Source: a virus
Lineage: Duplodnaviria > Caudoviricetes
Virus record (IMG/VR): IMGVR_UViG_3300016636_000214
Span: 1 to 39,072 of that record
Reading direction: 5' to 3' (one strand)
Length of the DNA stretch: 39,072 nt
The notes beneath the pieces are model-generated. The model saw only the letters and a program-made list of their open reading frames with translations, made no database searches and was not told the DNA's origin. How positions within the stretch are numbered: position 1 is the first letter of the stretch; each line of letters starts with the position of its first letter. A program made the translations under genes and the position numbers. Shown one piece after another: positions 26,510 to 35,776 of this stretch.

Positions 26510-26962
26510 TCAGGCGGTGAGGTGAGTCAGGAGGCGGTCGCGGATCATTTCGAGGTCGGCATCGGTGAAGCCGAGCAGCTCGCGGCGGTCGTACTGCACG
26601 TCGGCCTGGTCGCGTCCGGGGCGGTCGCGCAGGCCGTACTGGTGGACGCGGGCGATGCGTGCGACGCGGCCGGCGAAGGCAATGGCGATGGTATTGGGGG
26701 TGCTTTGCAGGCGCAGGTACTTGGCCTGGCGCAAACGGGTGAACATTTGGCGTTTGATGCGGCCGACCTTGCCGCGCAGTTGGCGGGGTTTGCGGGTGGC
26801 GTAGGGGGTGCCGTCCGGGTTGCGCTGGGCGGCGATGCGCTTTTGCTGATTGCGGCGCAGCTCGCGGCCGATGTTGTTGCCAAGTTTGCGGCGCTCGCCT
26901 GGGGAGAGCTTGGCGAGCAGCAGGCCGGCCCACTCTTCCAGGGCGTGGAGGTTGTCTGTCAC
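26510..26962 (-). CDS. S: Tail completion/virion morphogenesis protein S
   Basis: QQKRIAAQRNPDGTPY...RVHQYGLRD...RELLG. Confidence 0.93.
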   Translation of the reverse strand: MTDNLHALEEWAGLLLAKLSPGERRKLGNNIGRELRRNQQKRIAAQRNPDGTPYATRKPRQLRGKVGRIKRQMFTRLRQAKYLRLQSTPNTIAIAFAGRVARIARVHQYGLRDRPGRDQADVQYDRRELLGFTDADLEMIRDRLLTHLTA

Positions 26963-27369
26963 AGCTCGAAGTCCGGCTCTTCGGGGTGGCTAATGTCGAG
27001 GCTGCCATCATCCAGACGCTTGACGATGACGCGCTCGGTGAGCGGCAGCGTGAGGGACATATCGACCTTGCCGCCGTCCAGGATGTCGGCCTCGAAGGCG
27101 ATGGCATCCTTGCCGCGCTCCAGGTTGGTGAGCAGATCCGGCTGCTGGAGTCGCAGCCACTCCAGCACCGGAATGAATACGCTGTCCGGGTGACCGGCGA
27201 AGTCGGTGAGCAGGACCTGCAGAGAGTAGGTGTACTCGAAGGACAGGCCCTTAGCCGCGGTGCAGCGGACGCTGCCGGCGTCGATGAAGATGAGCAGCCG
27301 GTCGGGGTTCTTCTTGAGGCCTGCGACGGCGGTGAGCAGGTGCTCGCGGAGGCTATTGGGCTTGTTCAT
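26959..27369 (-). CDS. R: Tail completion protein R
   Basis: MNKPNSLR...FEYTY...LPLTERV. Confidence 0.93.
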   Translation of the reverse strand: MNKPNSLREHLLTAVAGLKKNPDRLLIFIDAGSVRCTAAKGLSFEYTYSLQVLLTDFAGHPDSVFIPVLEWLRLQQPDLLTNLERGKDAIAFEADILDGGKVDMSLTLPLTERVIVKRLDDGSLDISHPEEPDFEL

Positions 27370-27629
27370 GGATTGGCTGACTTCTGCTGGCACTCGTAGA
27401 CGATGTCGACCTTAGCGGCGCAGGTTGCCCAGTCGGCCTCGGTGATGTCCTGGTCGTCGAGGAGCTCGCCGTTGGTGGCCGGATCAGTCGCGCTCAGGGT
27501 GCATCGCGTTACGGCCGGACAGCCAGTCACGATATGCGTCTGCTCCGGTGATGGCGGGGCGCTGCCGCAGGCGGCGAGCAGCAGCAGGCAACTGAGCAGC
27601 AGCCCACTCGCGTAGTTCGGCGTTTTCAC
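27366..27629 (-). CDS. lysC: o-spanin lipoprotein (Rz1-like)
   Basis: Lipobox LAAC; GCPAVTRC; WATCAAKVD; overlaps lysB. Confidence 0.88.
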   Translation of the reverse strand: MKTPNYASGLLLSCLLLLAACGSAPPSPEQTHIVTGCPAVTRCTLSATDPATNGELLDDQDITEADWATCAAKVDIVYECQQKSANP

Positions 27630-27915
27630 GTTTCAACTCCTTGATCTGTTGCTTGCGGACGTCCAGCTCGCGACGCAGGTCCTGGCTAGTCTGTTGCAGC
27701 GTGGTCTGGGCCTGACGTTCGTCTGCCAGGTTGGTGCGCAGGGTGGTGATGGTGGTGGCGTCGCGCTCGACACGGGCATTGACGGTGTCCAGCTTCTCTT
27801 GGACCAGGTCGGTGCGCCCCTGCTCTGCCTCGATGCGTTGGTAGGAACCCCACAGCAGCAGGGCCAGGGCGCCGAGCAGGGCTGCGCTATATAGGCCCTG
27901 GCGAAGGGTGATCAT
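27484..27915 (-). CDS. lysB: i-spanin (Rz-like)
   Basis: N-terminal TM helix, coiled coil, ENAELREWAAAQLP. Confidence 0.9.
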   Translation of the reverse strand: MITLRQGLYSAALLGALALLLWGSYQRIEAEQGRTDLVQEKLDTVNARVERDATTITTLRTNLADERQAQTTLQQTSQDLRRELDVRKQQIKELKRENAELREWAAAQLPAAARRLRQRPAITGADAYRDWLSGRNAMHPERD

Positions 27916-28118
27916 TTGCGGTACCAGCCGGCGGCGTTCATGGCGGCCTCATCTAGCGCATGGACGTCGCCCAGCACTATCAGGCATCGTATGTTGAGGG
28001 CGTTCGGTCCGAGGGCTTCCACAAGCTCGCTGGCCTGCTCGTATGTGGTGTCAGCAGGCAAGCAAACGACGTCGCCGTCGCGCAGTTCCAAGCGGCGGGC
28101 CTGCTCGATCAGGTTCAT
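27912..28118 (-). CDS. 68-aa hypothetical protein in the lysis cassette
   Basis: ATGA-coupled on both sides; GGAGG RBS. Confidence 0.7.
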   Translation of the reverse strand: MNLIEQARRLELRDGDVVCLPADTTYEQASELVEALGPNALNIRCLIVLGDVHALDEAAMNAAGWYRK

Positions 28119-28957
28119 GCCGCCTCCGTGCCGCAGCCGCAGCCAGCGTGCAACTCGTAGGCGCGTTCGAGTTTCACGTCGTAGAGATTCCGGGCGTAGG
28201 CCGGGCCGTTGTAGGTCTTGGCGAAGGCTGCCCACTTCTTGCCCTTGAGGGCCTTGAGCAAGGTCGGGTCGGCCTCGATGAAACGGACGAACGCCTCGAA
28301 CTGCTGGTTTTCATCCTGGCTCATGAGACGGACGAACTCGTCGACGCTGGCGTAGCCCAGGCGCTCGGCGTGGTAGCCCATGATCTGGAAGGCGCCCCAA
28401 CTGGCCGACTCGTTGGCACAGCGCGCGTCGATCATGCGGGCCTGGGCCAGGCGTTGGTGCTCCCCGGCGCCGCCGATGTAGCCGCCGGGCTTGGTGTTGA
28501 CCAGGGCGGGATACTGGGCGGCGAGCTCGTCGGCGTGGCGGCGCAGAGCGGCCTGGTCATCACCTTCAGCGCGCGTCAAGGCCAGGCGTCTGTGCATAAC
28601 GTGGCGCTCGAAGAGGATCTTCGGCTTGCCGGTGGCCAGGAAGCCGGAGCCGACGCTCTCGACCTCGTTGACGGCGTAGATGGCGGCCAGCTCGACGCCC
28701 AGGCGCTTAGCCGCTGCCGCTAGGGTCGCATTGCGCAGTAGCTTGCTGCAGTCGGTGCCGCCTAGTGCGGCGAGGGTCTTCTCGCCGGCCTTGCCATCGA
28801 CCACCAGGCCAATCTTGGCTTGATACGCGCGGACGGCCTTTTCGGTTTCGTCGCCGTAGTCGCCATCGGTGACCAGCTTGGAGCCGTGCGCGTTGAGTTG
28901 TTGCTGCAGGCGGCGGACTGCAATGCCTTTGTCGCCGTGTTTGAGGGCTTCGGTCAT
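28115..28957 (-). CDS. Endolysin: PG-binding domain plus DUF3380 N-acetylmuramidase
   Basis: DGDYG..TEKAVRAYQ..GLVVDG; VESVGSGF...ILFERH; SWGAFQIMG; YNGP. Confidence 0.94.
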   Translation of the reverse strand: MTEALKHGDKGIAVRRLQQQLNAHGSKLVTDGDYGDETEKAVRAYQAKIGLVVDGKAGEKTLAALGGTDCSKLLRNATLAAAAKRLGVELAAIYAVNEVESVGSGFLATGKPKILFERHVMHRRLALTRAEGDDQAALRRHADELAAQYPALVNTKPGGYIGGAGEHQRLAQARMIDARCANESASWGAFQIMGYHAERLGYASVDEFVRLMSQDENQQFEAFVRFIEADPTLLKALKGKKWAAFAKTYNGPAYARNLYDVKLERAYELHAGCGCGTEAA

Positions 28958-29277
28958 AGCTGGTCTGCCTTGCGGGTAGCGATGCGTTTGAGACTGGAGC
29001 GGACGTAGTCGGCGCCGAGCAGACCGACCACACCACCGAAGAAGGGAGCGAACTGCTCAGGGATGCCGAACAGGGCCAGGCCGTTGGTCACTGCCAGGGT
29101 GATGAGGCCGCAGATGAAGCCTTCGCCAAGGGCACGACGTAGGCTGCCGCCGGAATAGATGAAGCGGGCCGAGGCGAGCAACGCCGAGAGCACGGCGGCA
29201 TATATGAGTGGGTGGTGCTGCTCCATCCAGGCGAGCAGCATGGCCCAGGTTTCGGGGCGATCAGGCATCTGTGACAT
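28954..29277 (-). CDS. Holin (lambda-type)
   Basis: Three hydrophobic segments, basic C-terminus, directly upstream of the endolysin. Confidence 0.88.
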   Translation of the reverse strand: MSQMPDRPETWAMLLAWMEQHHPLIYAAVLSALLASARFIYSGGSLRRALGEGFICGLITLAVTNGLALFGIPEQFAPFFGGVVGLLGADYVRSSLKRIATRKADQL

Positions 29278-29377
29278 TCCTTGCGTCCTGTGGAAGAGAG
29301 CGGGCGAGCTGCACGAATGGCAGGCGGCTAAAGAGATTGCCTTCGCCTTTGTAGGCGGTGAGGTAGATCAGTCCCAT
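29261..29377 (-). pseudogene. Possible 5' remnant of an optional gene between X and holin
   Basis: 38-codon frame MGLIYLTAYKGEGNLFSRL... overlapping the X stop; resembles, from memory, the start of a longer ORF at this position in related phages. Confidence 0.4.
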
Positions 29378-29577
29378 AGGTTCACCACTTGGCGCTGTTC
29401 GGGTTGAGGGGCGGCGTCCGGCAGGATGACGGCGGTGCCATGGGGGATGATTGGGCCCAGGTCGGCGAGGCCTGGATTGGCGTCGAGGACGGCCTCGGTG
29501 ACGCCCGCAGTGCGGCCGTAGTAGTGCCAGCAGAGGCTGTCGACGGTGTCGCCCTGCGCGGCGATGACGGTTGCCAC
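29368..29577 (-). CDS. X: Tail protein X (LysM-like)
   Basis: QGDTVDSLCWHYYGRT...ANPGLA...VNLWD. Confidence 0.95.
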   Translation of the reverse strand: MATVIAAQGDTVDSLCWHYYGRTAGVTEAVLDANPGLADLGPIIPHGTAVILPDAAPQPEQRQVVNLWD

Positions 29578-30041
29578 TACAGCAGCTCCACGGTGGCGTG
29601 GCTGATCCCGAGGATGGTGCGCAGGGCCTTGCGGGCGTCGCGGCGCAGTTGGTCGGGGCTGCTCTCTTCCTCAGTGACCTTCTGCTCGCCGCTGTTGGTT
29701 GCGTCGAAGCTGTTGTAGCGCTCGATCAGCTCGGCCAGGGCGCCGCAGTAGATGACGCGGCAGTAGAGGTGCAGCAGCTGGCTTTTGCCCTTGATCTGCT
29801 CGGCCGGCACTTCGGCCAGGGTGGCGTGGCCTTCGGCCTGGCGCGCGGCGCGGTAGGTGGCGAGCTCGCGGTTGGCCTCGATCATGGCATTGACGGTGGC
29901 CACTTCGAGACGGTCGTCGGTGACGCTGGAGTCGATACGCATGGCGGCACGCAGTTGCTGGCCATCGATCTCGGGCCAGAAGTCCGCGTTGCTGATCGGG
30001 TAGGCGGCGCTGGTGTCGCCGCCCGCAATGAATCCGCTCAT
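29577..30041 (-). CDS. L: Head completion protein L
   Basis: FWPEID...RIDSSVT..RL...TVELL. Confidence 0.92.
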   Translation of the reverse strand: MSGFIAGGDTSAAYPISNADFWPEIDGQQLRAAMRIDSSVTDDRLEVATVNAMIEANRELATYRAARQAEGHATLAEVPAEQIKGKSQLLHLYCRVIYCGALAELIERYNSFDATNSGEQKVTEEESSPDQLRRDARKALRTILGISHATVELL

Positions 30042-30144
30042 GGTCAGGCCTTGAATTAGTGGGCGGTGGTCGGGGCTTCACAGCGCGGGAAGGAGTAACC
30101 CTGCTGATCCGCCCCGAGCCGCCCGGGTGCGGGGGACCGCTCGG

Positions 30145-30846
30145 TTAGCTGGCGGGGCCAGCGTGTTTCTTGAGGAGGCGCTCAGCACGCTCCAGGTCTT
30201 TCTTGCCGCCGCAGCTGTTGTGCTGCTGGATGGCGCTTTTCAGTAGGTCAATGCCGGCCTGAATCTGGCCGGGTTGACCGGGGTTGTTCTCGTCCAGGCC
30301 GACCAGCGTGGAACGGCCCAGGGCGAGGGTGAGTTTGGCGCGAGCTTCGTCCGGCATATCCTGTTCTGCGGTGAGCACAGCAGTGCGGGTCAGGATGTCG
30401 TGCGGGAATACGCTGCCGGCCTTCTGGTCCGTCAGTGCTGCTTCAGCCACTTCCTCGGCAACCAGGCATCCGGTGGTGCGGTTGAAGCGGTTCGGCGTCT
30501 GCAGGTTGTGCCGGATGACGTACTCGGCGATGTCCAGGCCGCCGGCGTAGTCACCCGCGTCGAAGCGCCAGACCATGAGGGTGACCAGCACGTCGTCCTG
30601 AGCGCCTTGGCCGGCGGCGAGGACACCGTCGACGTACGGCACGTATTCCGGGAGCAACTCGGCCTTGACCTTTGCCTTGTTCTGTTGCGACTGGACCTGC
30701 TTGAGGCGCAGTTGATCCTGCTGGAGCTTGGCGAGCATGAGCTCGTAGCTGGTGAGGCCATCCATGAGAGCTGCGGGCGCGGTGCGTGCCGCCTCCTGGG
30801 CGGCGCGCTTGCGCAGTTGGGTGCGTTGGGCAAGGGTCAGGGCCAT
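30145..30846 (-). CDS. M: Terminase endonuclease subunit M
   Basis: LLPEYVPYVDGVL...QDDVL..MVWRFDAGD...GGKKDLE. Confidence 0.94.
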   Translation of the reverse strand: MALTLAQRTQLRKRAAQEAARTAPAALMDGLTSYELMLAKLQQDQLRLKQVQSQQNKAKVKAELLPEYVPYVDGVLAAGQGAQDDVLVTLMVWRFDAGDYAGGLDIAEYVIRHNLQTPNRFNRTTGCLVAEEVAEAALTDQKAGSVFPHDILTRTAVLTAEQDMPDEARAKLTLALGRSTLVGLDENNPGQPGQIQAGIDLLKSAIQQHNSCGGKKDLERAERLLKKHAGPAS

Positions 30847-30849
30847 GGC

Positions 30850-31920
30850 TTATGCCTCAGTCGGGGCTGGGTAGGTCATGGCCTCGACGTTCTCCACCAG
30901 GGCAACCGCCTCGAAGTCCTCGATGACGTAGGCGTCATTGCTGGACTGGTAGTCAGCAATGCGGTCGAACTCCGGCTCGTCCTTCAGATGGCGTCGGCGG
31001 GCGTCCTCCTGCCAGTAGATGGAGAGGTTCTTGAGGAAGGTGACCAGTACGGTGCCCTCCGGGAAAAACGGAGCATCGACCACCGGCAGACCGCCGAGGC
31101 GGGCGCGGCTCACGATTTCCTGTGCGGCGTTCTCTTCCTGGTTGGAGGCTGCGCCTTTTTCTACGGCCTTTAGCAGCTTCTCGTGCATCAGGTCGCGGCT
31201 GACCAGTACCACCAGATCGGGACGGCTGCGGTGCCACGGGGCGAGCATCTGGATGGCGTCGAACACCAGGCCGTCGAGGGTCTGGTAGTCGCCGCTGATT
31301 TCGGTGTTGACACCGGCCACCTTGATCACTTTGGTGCCGCCTACGGTAACTTTGCCGGCAACGGCGCCGTCGTCCATAACGTGATCCGCAGCGCCTTCCC
31401 GGATCTTCTGCAGCCAGCCTTTGTTGACATCCTGCAGCAGGGGGTTGTTAGCGCGGTCGGTAGCCAATGCCGCACTGGTACCGTTGAAGCCGATCATGAT
31501 GCGGTCGAGGGACTGGCGCTCGATGATGGCGTTGGTCAGGCGGACCTGGAAGTCGGGAAACTTGGCCCAGGCGTCGAGCAGCGCGTAGGGGAACGCGGTG
31601 TCGAAGTTGGTTTGTTTGCAGGCGTACGCATCCTTGGTCAGTTGGGAAACGTCGGCCGGGTTGCGTCGGTTGCCCGCTGCGGTGTTGGTGCGGCTGGCAA
31701 TGGGGCCATTGACCCCGGCGAGCAGGGCTTCGCCCGTCTGCTCGTTGACGCCGATCAGGTTGATGGCCTTGAGGAAGGCGCTGGATTCCTGCATGGCGGT
31801 TTCCAGCGTCTGCTGAACGCTGGGGGCGACGTTAAATTTCTCGGTTGCACTGGCAACGCCGTTGAGCAGAGCGATCTGCGCGGCCAGGGCGGTGAAAGCG
31901 AGGCGGGTTACGTTACGCAT
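30850..31920 (-). CDS. N: Major capsid protein N
   Basis: PSVQQTLE...LDRIMIGFNG...NPLLQDVNKGWLQ. Confidence 0.96.
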   Translation of the reverse strand: MRNVTRLAFTALAAQIALLNGVASATEKFNVAPSVQQTLETAMQESSAFLKAINLIGVNEQTGEALLAGVNGPIASRTNTAAGNRRNPADVSQLTKDAYACKQTNFDTAFPYALLDAWAKFPDFQVRLTNAIIERQSLDRIMIGFNGTSAALATDRANNPLLQDVNKGWLQKIREGAADHVMDDGAVAGKVTVGGTKVIKVAGVNTEISGDYQTLDGLVFDAIQMLAPWHRSRPDLVVLVSRDLMHEKLLKAVEKGAASNQEENAAQEIVSRARLGGLPVVDAPFFPEGTVLVTFLKNLSIYWQEDARRRHLKDEPEFDRIADYQSSNDAYVIEDFEAVALVENVEAMTYPAPTEA

Positions 31921-31951
31921 TAGGTGTTCTCCGGGTGCGGGCTGGGTGGTG

Positions 31952-32812
31952 TCAGAACTTGGTCAGCACTTTGCCGTCGCCGCCCGTAGCTGGTGGGCGG
32001 TGCTGCTGGCTGTGGTCTTCGGTGTCACCCAGGCGCTTGAGCAGGTCAGCGAATTCGCTGGCCAGTTTTTCGTGGGCGGTTTGCAGAGTGTTGAGTTTGG
32101 TCTGCTCGGTGGTGAAGGCTGTGCCCTGGTCCTTGGCGTGGTTGGCGAGCGCCTCAACGGCTTCCGTCAGCTCGGAGAATTGGGCGTCATCCTTGACAGA
32201 CTTGTCCTTGCTCTTGCCGAGGGCATCCATGACCCGGTTAAACAGGCCCAAGGCCTTGTTTTCCGTTTCTGCGACTTCCTCGAATTTGATTTCAGCCTCC
32301 AGGGCCTCGGTGAACATCGAGGTCGCGGAGTAGTGCCGATCCTTGAATGGGCTGGCGTCTGGCTTCTGCGCAGAGAATGCGAGCACGTCGGTACCCAGAC
32401 TTGCTGGCGAATCGGTCACGGCCAGGCCGACGATGTAGGCCTCGCCGCTGTCAGCGAAGCTCTCGTCGATTTCGATGGAGGTATAAATCTTCTGCTTGGC
32501 CTTGTTCATGGCCACCAGCTCAGGGGTTGGTTCGATCTGGGCGAACAGGGCGAGCTTCTTCTGACCGGCGATCTCAACCTCTTCAGTCTTGACCGCCGTG
32601 ATGTCGCCGTAGGCTTTGAAAGGACTGTCCGGTAGCAGGCTGCGGAAGTGTTCCAGCCATACGCGGGCGCCGTAGGTGTTCTGGCTGAAATTTTTGGCGG
32701 CCTGCTCCAGCCAAGTGCGCTCGATCTTGCGCTTATCGCTGGTGGCGCCTTCAACGGCGACACGAAACCAGTTAGAGCGGAATTTCTGGGCGGGGGCGTT
32801 GCTTGCGGCCAT
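31952..32812 (-). CDS. O: Capsid scaffolding protein O
   Basis: WFRVAVEGATSD.R...GLAVTDSPASLGT. Confidence 0.95.
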   Translation of the reverse strand: MAASNAPAQKFRSNWFRVAVEGATSDKRKIERTWLEQAAKNFSQNTYGARVWLEHFRSLLPDSPFKAYGDITAVKTEEVEIAGQKKLALFAQIEPTPELVAMNKAKQKIYTSIEIDESFADSGEAYIVGLAVTDSPASLGTDVLAFSAQKPDASPFKDRHYSATSMFTEALEAEIKFEEVAETENKALGLFNRVMDALGKSKDKSVKDDAQFSELTEAVEALANHAKDQGTAFTTEQTKLNTLQTAHEKLASEFADLLKRLGDTEDHSQQHRPPATGGDGKVLTKF

Positions 32813-32852
32813 GTGGGCTGTCCTCGATGCGTTGGCGGCGGTTGCCGTTGCG

Positions 32853-32967
32853 TTGAGGGCATGGTCGACAGTGGAGGAACGCGCGGCAACGCTCTGAGCT
32901 TGTAGCTGGGCGCGCTACAGGGCGCGGAGTTAGGGGCTCGCGCGCGTGAGCGGCAGCATCTGCTTCA
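32853..32967. promoter_or_regulatory. Divergent Ogr-dependent late promoters PO/PP sharing one activator site
   Basis: TGTAG-N9-CTACA at 32901-32919; -10-like CAGCAT (+) and GACCAT (-) placed symmetrically. Confidence 0.8.
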
Positions 32968-34718
32968 TGAATGCAATCGCCCAGCCGACCACCGATCCGC
33001 GCCGCCACGCCAAGTTCCTGTATTGGACGGGCTGGCGCATCACCGATATCGCCGATTATCTCAGCGAGAAAGAGAAGACCCTGCACAGTTGGAAAGCACG
33101 GGACGAGTGGGACCGGGCGGACAACGTGGAGCGGATCGGCGGGGCGCTGGAAGCGCGCCTGGTGCAGCTGATCCTCAAGGATGGCAAGACCGGCGGGGAC
33201 TTCAAGGAAATCGACCTGCTGCACCGGCAGCTGGAGCGACAAGCCAGAATTCAGCGCTACCAGGACGGCGGGAGCGAGACGGAACTCAACCCAAACATCG
33301 CGAAGCGCAACGAGGGGCCGAAGAAGGCACCCAAGCGCAACGAGCTGGACGAAGGGCAGATCGAGACGCTGGTCGAGGCGTTCCGCGACAGCTGTTTCGA
33401 CTATCAGCTCGACTGGCACCGCGCGGGGAACATGCGCACCCGCATGATCTTGAAGAGCCGGCAGATTGGCGCGACGTTCTACTTCGCCCGCGAGGCGCTG
33501 ATCGACGCCATCACCACAGGCCGCAACCAGATTTTTCTTTCGGCAAGCAAGGCGCAGGCGCACCAGTTCAAGACCTACATGCAGTCCTTCCTCAACGAAG
33601 TGCTGGGGGTAAAGCTGACTGGCGACCCCATCGTTCTGTGGAACAACGCCGAGCTGCACTTCCTGGGAACCAACTACCGTACGGCGCAGGGGCGCAGCGG
33701 AAACTTCTATTTCGACGAGTTTTTCTGGGTTCATGGCTTCGCCGAGATCAACAAAGTGGCCTCGGGTATGGCTCTGCACAAGAAGTGGCGTAAGACCTAC
33801 TTCTCGACGCCCAGCAGCATGGCGCACCCAGCGTACAACTACTGGACGGGCGAGCGCTTCAACAAGGGCAAGCCAACGGCCCAGCATATCCAACTGGACG
33901 TGAGTCACGAGGCGCTGCAGCAGGGCCGGTACTGCGAGGACCGCATCTGGCGCCAGATTGTCACCATCCTCGATGCGGAGGCCCGCGGCTGCGATCTGTT
34001 TGACCTGGACGAACTGCGAGAGGAATACGACGCGGCCGCCTTCCAGAACTTGCTGATGTGTCAGTTTGTCGATGACGGGCAGAGCATTTTCCCGCTGTCG
34101 ATGCTGCAGCCGTGCATGGTGGAAAGCTGGGATTGGCCAGACTACAGCCCCTTTGCGATGCGGCCCTTCGGCGAGCGGCCCGTCTGGGTTGGGTACGATC
34201 CCGCCGAAAGTGGCGACTCTGCCGGTCTGGTTGTTGTGGGACCGCCCCTGGTGGCTGGTGGCAAATTCCGTGTACTGGAGCGTCACCAGTTCCGGGGCAT
34301 GGACTTCGCCGCGCAGGCCGAAACGATCCGGCAAGTTACCCGCCGCTACAACGTGGCCTACATCGGGATCGACACCACGGGCATTGGCAGCGCCGTTGCT
34401 CAACTGGTGCGCCAGTTCTTCCCGGCGCTGAAGACGTTCTCCTATAACCCCGAGGTCAAGACCCGCCTGGTGATGAAGGCGTGGGACGTGATCAGCAAGG
34501 GTCGCCTTGAATTCGATGCTGGCTGGATCGACATCGCGCAGTCGCTCATGGCCATCCGCAAGACCATCACCCCAGGCGGACGCCAGTTCACCTATGTTGC
34601 GGGCCGCAACGACAGCACCGGCCACGCCGATCTGGCGTGGGCGCTCTTTCACGCATTGCACAACGAGCCGCTGGAGGGCCGGACAGCGGCCAACACCGGC
34701 ATCATGGAGATCTACTGA
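32967..34718 (+). CDS. P: Terminase ATPase subunit P
   Basis: KSRQIGAT, FYFDEFFW, GYDP, HADLAWA. Confidence 0.96.
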   Translation: MNAIAQPTTDPRRHAKFLYWTGWRITDIADYLSEKEKTLHSWKARDEWDRADNVERIGGALEARLVQLILKDGKTGGDFKEIDLLHRQLERQARIQRYQDGGSETELNPNIAKRNEGPKKAPKRNELDEGQIETLVEAFRDSCFDYQLDWHRAGNMRTRMILKSRQIGATFYFAREALIDAITTGRNQIFLSASKAQAHQFKTYMQSFLNEVLGVKLTGDPIVLWNNAELHFLGTNYRTAQGRSGNFYFDEFFWVHGFAEINKVASGMALHKKWRKTYFSTPSSMAHPAYNYWTGERFNKGKPTAQHIQLDVSHEALQQGRYCEDRIWRQIVTILDAEARGCDLFDLDELREEYDAAAFQNLLMCQFVDDGQSIFPLSMLQPCMVESWDWPDYSPFAMRPFGERPVWVGYDPAESGDSAGLVVVGPPLVAGGKFRVLERHQFRGMDFAAQAETIRQVTRRYNVAYIGIDTTGIGSAVAQLVRQFFPALKTFSYNPEVKTRLVMKAWDVISKGRLEFDAGWIDIAQSLMAIRKTITPGGRQFTYVAGRNDSTGHADLAWALFHALHNEPLEGRTAANTGIMEIY

Positions 34719-35776
34719 TGAGCAAGAATCGCAACCGCCGCAGCCAGAACCTGGCGGCAACTACCCAGGCGCGAGAAGGCGAGCTGCTGGTCAAGGATCA
34801 GGGTGGCCAGTCGATGGCCTTCACCTTCGGCGATCCGGTGCCGGTGCTCGATGGTCGGGAGATCCTCGACTATCTGGAGTGCTGGGCCAATGGCCGGTGG
34901 TATGAGCCGCCTGTATCCCTGGACGGCCTTTCCCGCTCGACGAAGGCGAGCGTGTATCTGCAGTCTGGGCTCAACTTCAAACGCAACGCACTGGCGCGCA
35001 CCTTTATCCCTCACCGGTTGCTGAGCCGGGCGGCGTTTGAGCAGATAGTCATGGACTGGGGGTGGTGCGGCAACCTGTACCTGGAGAAGCGCGACAACAT
35101 GCTGCGTCAGGCGCTTGGCCTGCAACCGTGCCTGGCGAAGTATATGCGGCGCGGTACCGACCTGGTGACTTACTACCAGGTGCGCGGATGGAAGGACGAG
35201 CACGAGTTCAAGGGCGGGAGCGTCTGCCACCTACGTGAGGCGGATATCAACCAGGAGGTCTACGGTTTGCCGGAGTGGCTGGCGGCTCTGCAGAGCGCCC
35301 TGCTCAACGAGTCGGCCACGCTGTTCCGCCGCAAGTATTACCAGAACGGCTCGCATGCCGGGTTCATTCTGTACATGACCGACGCGGCACAGAACGAGGA
35401 TTTCGTCACTGACCTGCGCGACGCGATGAAGAGCAGCAAGGGGCCTGGTAACTTCCGCAACCTTTTCATGTACGCCCCGGGCGGCAAGAAGGATGGTATG
35501 CAACTGATCCCGATCAGCGAGGTGGCGGCCAAGGACGATTTCGCCTCGATCAAGAACATAAGCCGCGACGACCTGCTGGCGGCGCTTCGCATCCCGCCAC
35601 AACTCATGGGTATCGTGCCGCAGAACGCGGGCGGGTTCGGTTCGATCCGCGACGCCGCCCAGGTGTGGGCGCTCAACGAGCTGGAGCCTGTTCAGGCTCG
35701 ACTGGCGCAGGTCAATGAATGGTTGGGGGAGGAGGTTATTCGCTTCCGGCCTTATGAGCTTCCGGGTCAGGCTTAG
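34718..35776 (+). CDS. Q: Portal protein Q
   Basis: FTFGDP...WYEPPVS...ATLFRRKYY.NGSHAG. Confidence 0.96.
   Translation: MSKNRNRRSQNLAATTQAREGELLVKDQGGQSMAFTFGDPVPVLDGREILDYLECWANGRWYEPPVSLDGLSRSTKASVYLQSGLNFKRNALARTFIPHRLLSRAAFEQIVMDWGWCGNLYLEKRDNMLRQALGLQPCLAKYMRRGTDLVTYYQVRGWKDEHEFKGGSVCHLREADINQEVYGLPEWLAALQSALLNESATLFRRKYYQNGSHAGFILYMTDAAQNEDFVTDLRDAMKSSKGPGNFRNLFMYAPGGKKDGMQLIPISEVAAKDDFASIKNISRDDLLAALRIPPQLMGIVPQNAGGFGSIRDAAQVWALNELEPVQARLAQVNEWLGEEVIRFRPYELPGQA

Noticed and set aside
32881-32892. Fifth CGGCAA-loop hairpin (GCG-CGGCAA-CGC)
   Set aside because: Only a 3-bp stem, opposite strand, no RBS block; lies within the late promoter.
32772-34760. 662-aa ORF on the minus strand
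   Set aside because: Antisense shadow of terminase P in high-GC DNA; no recognisable motifs.
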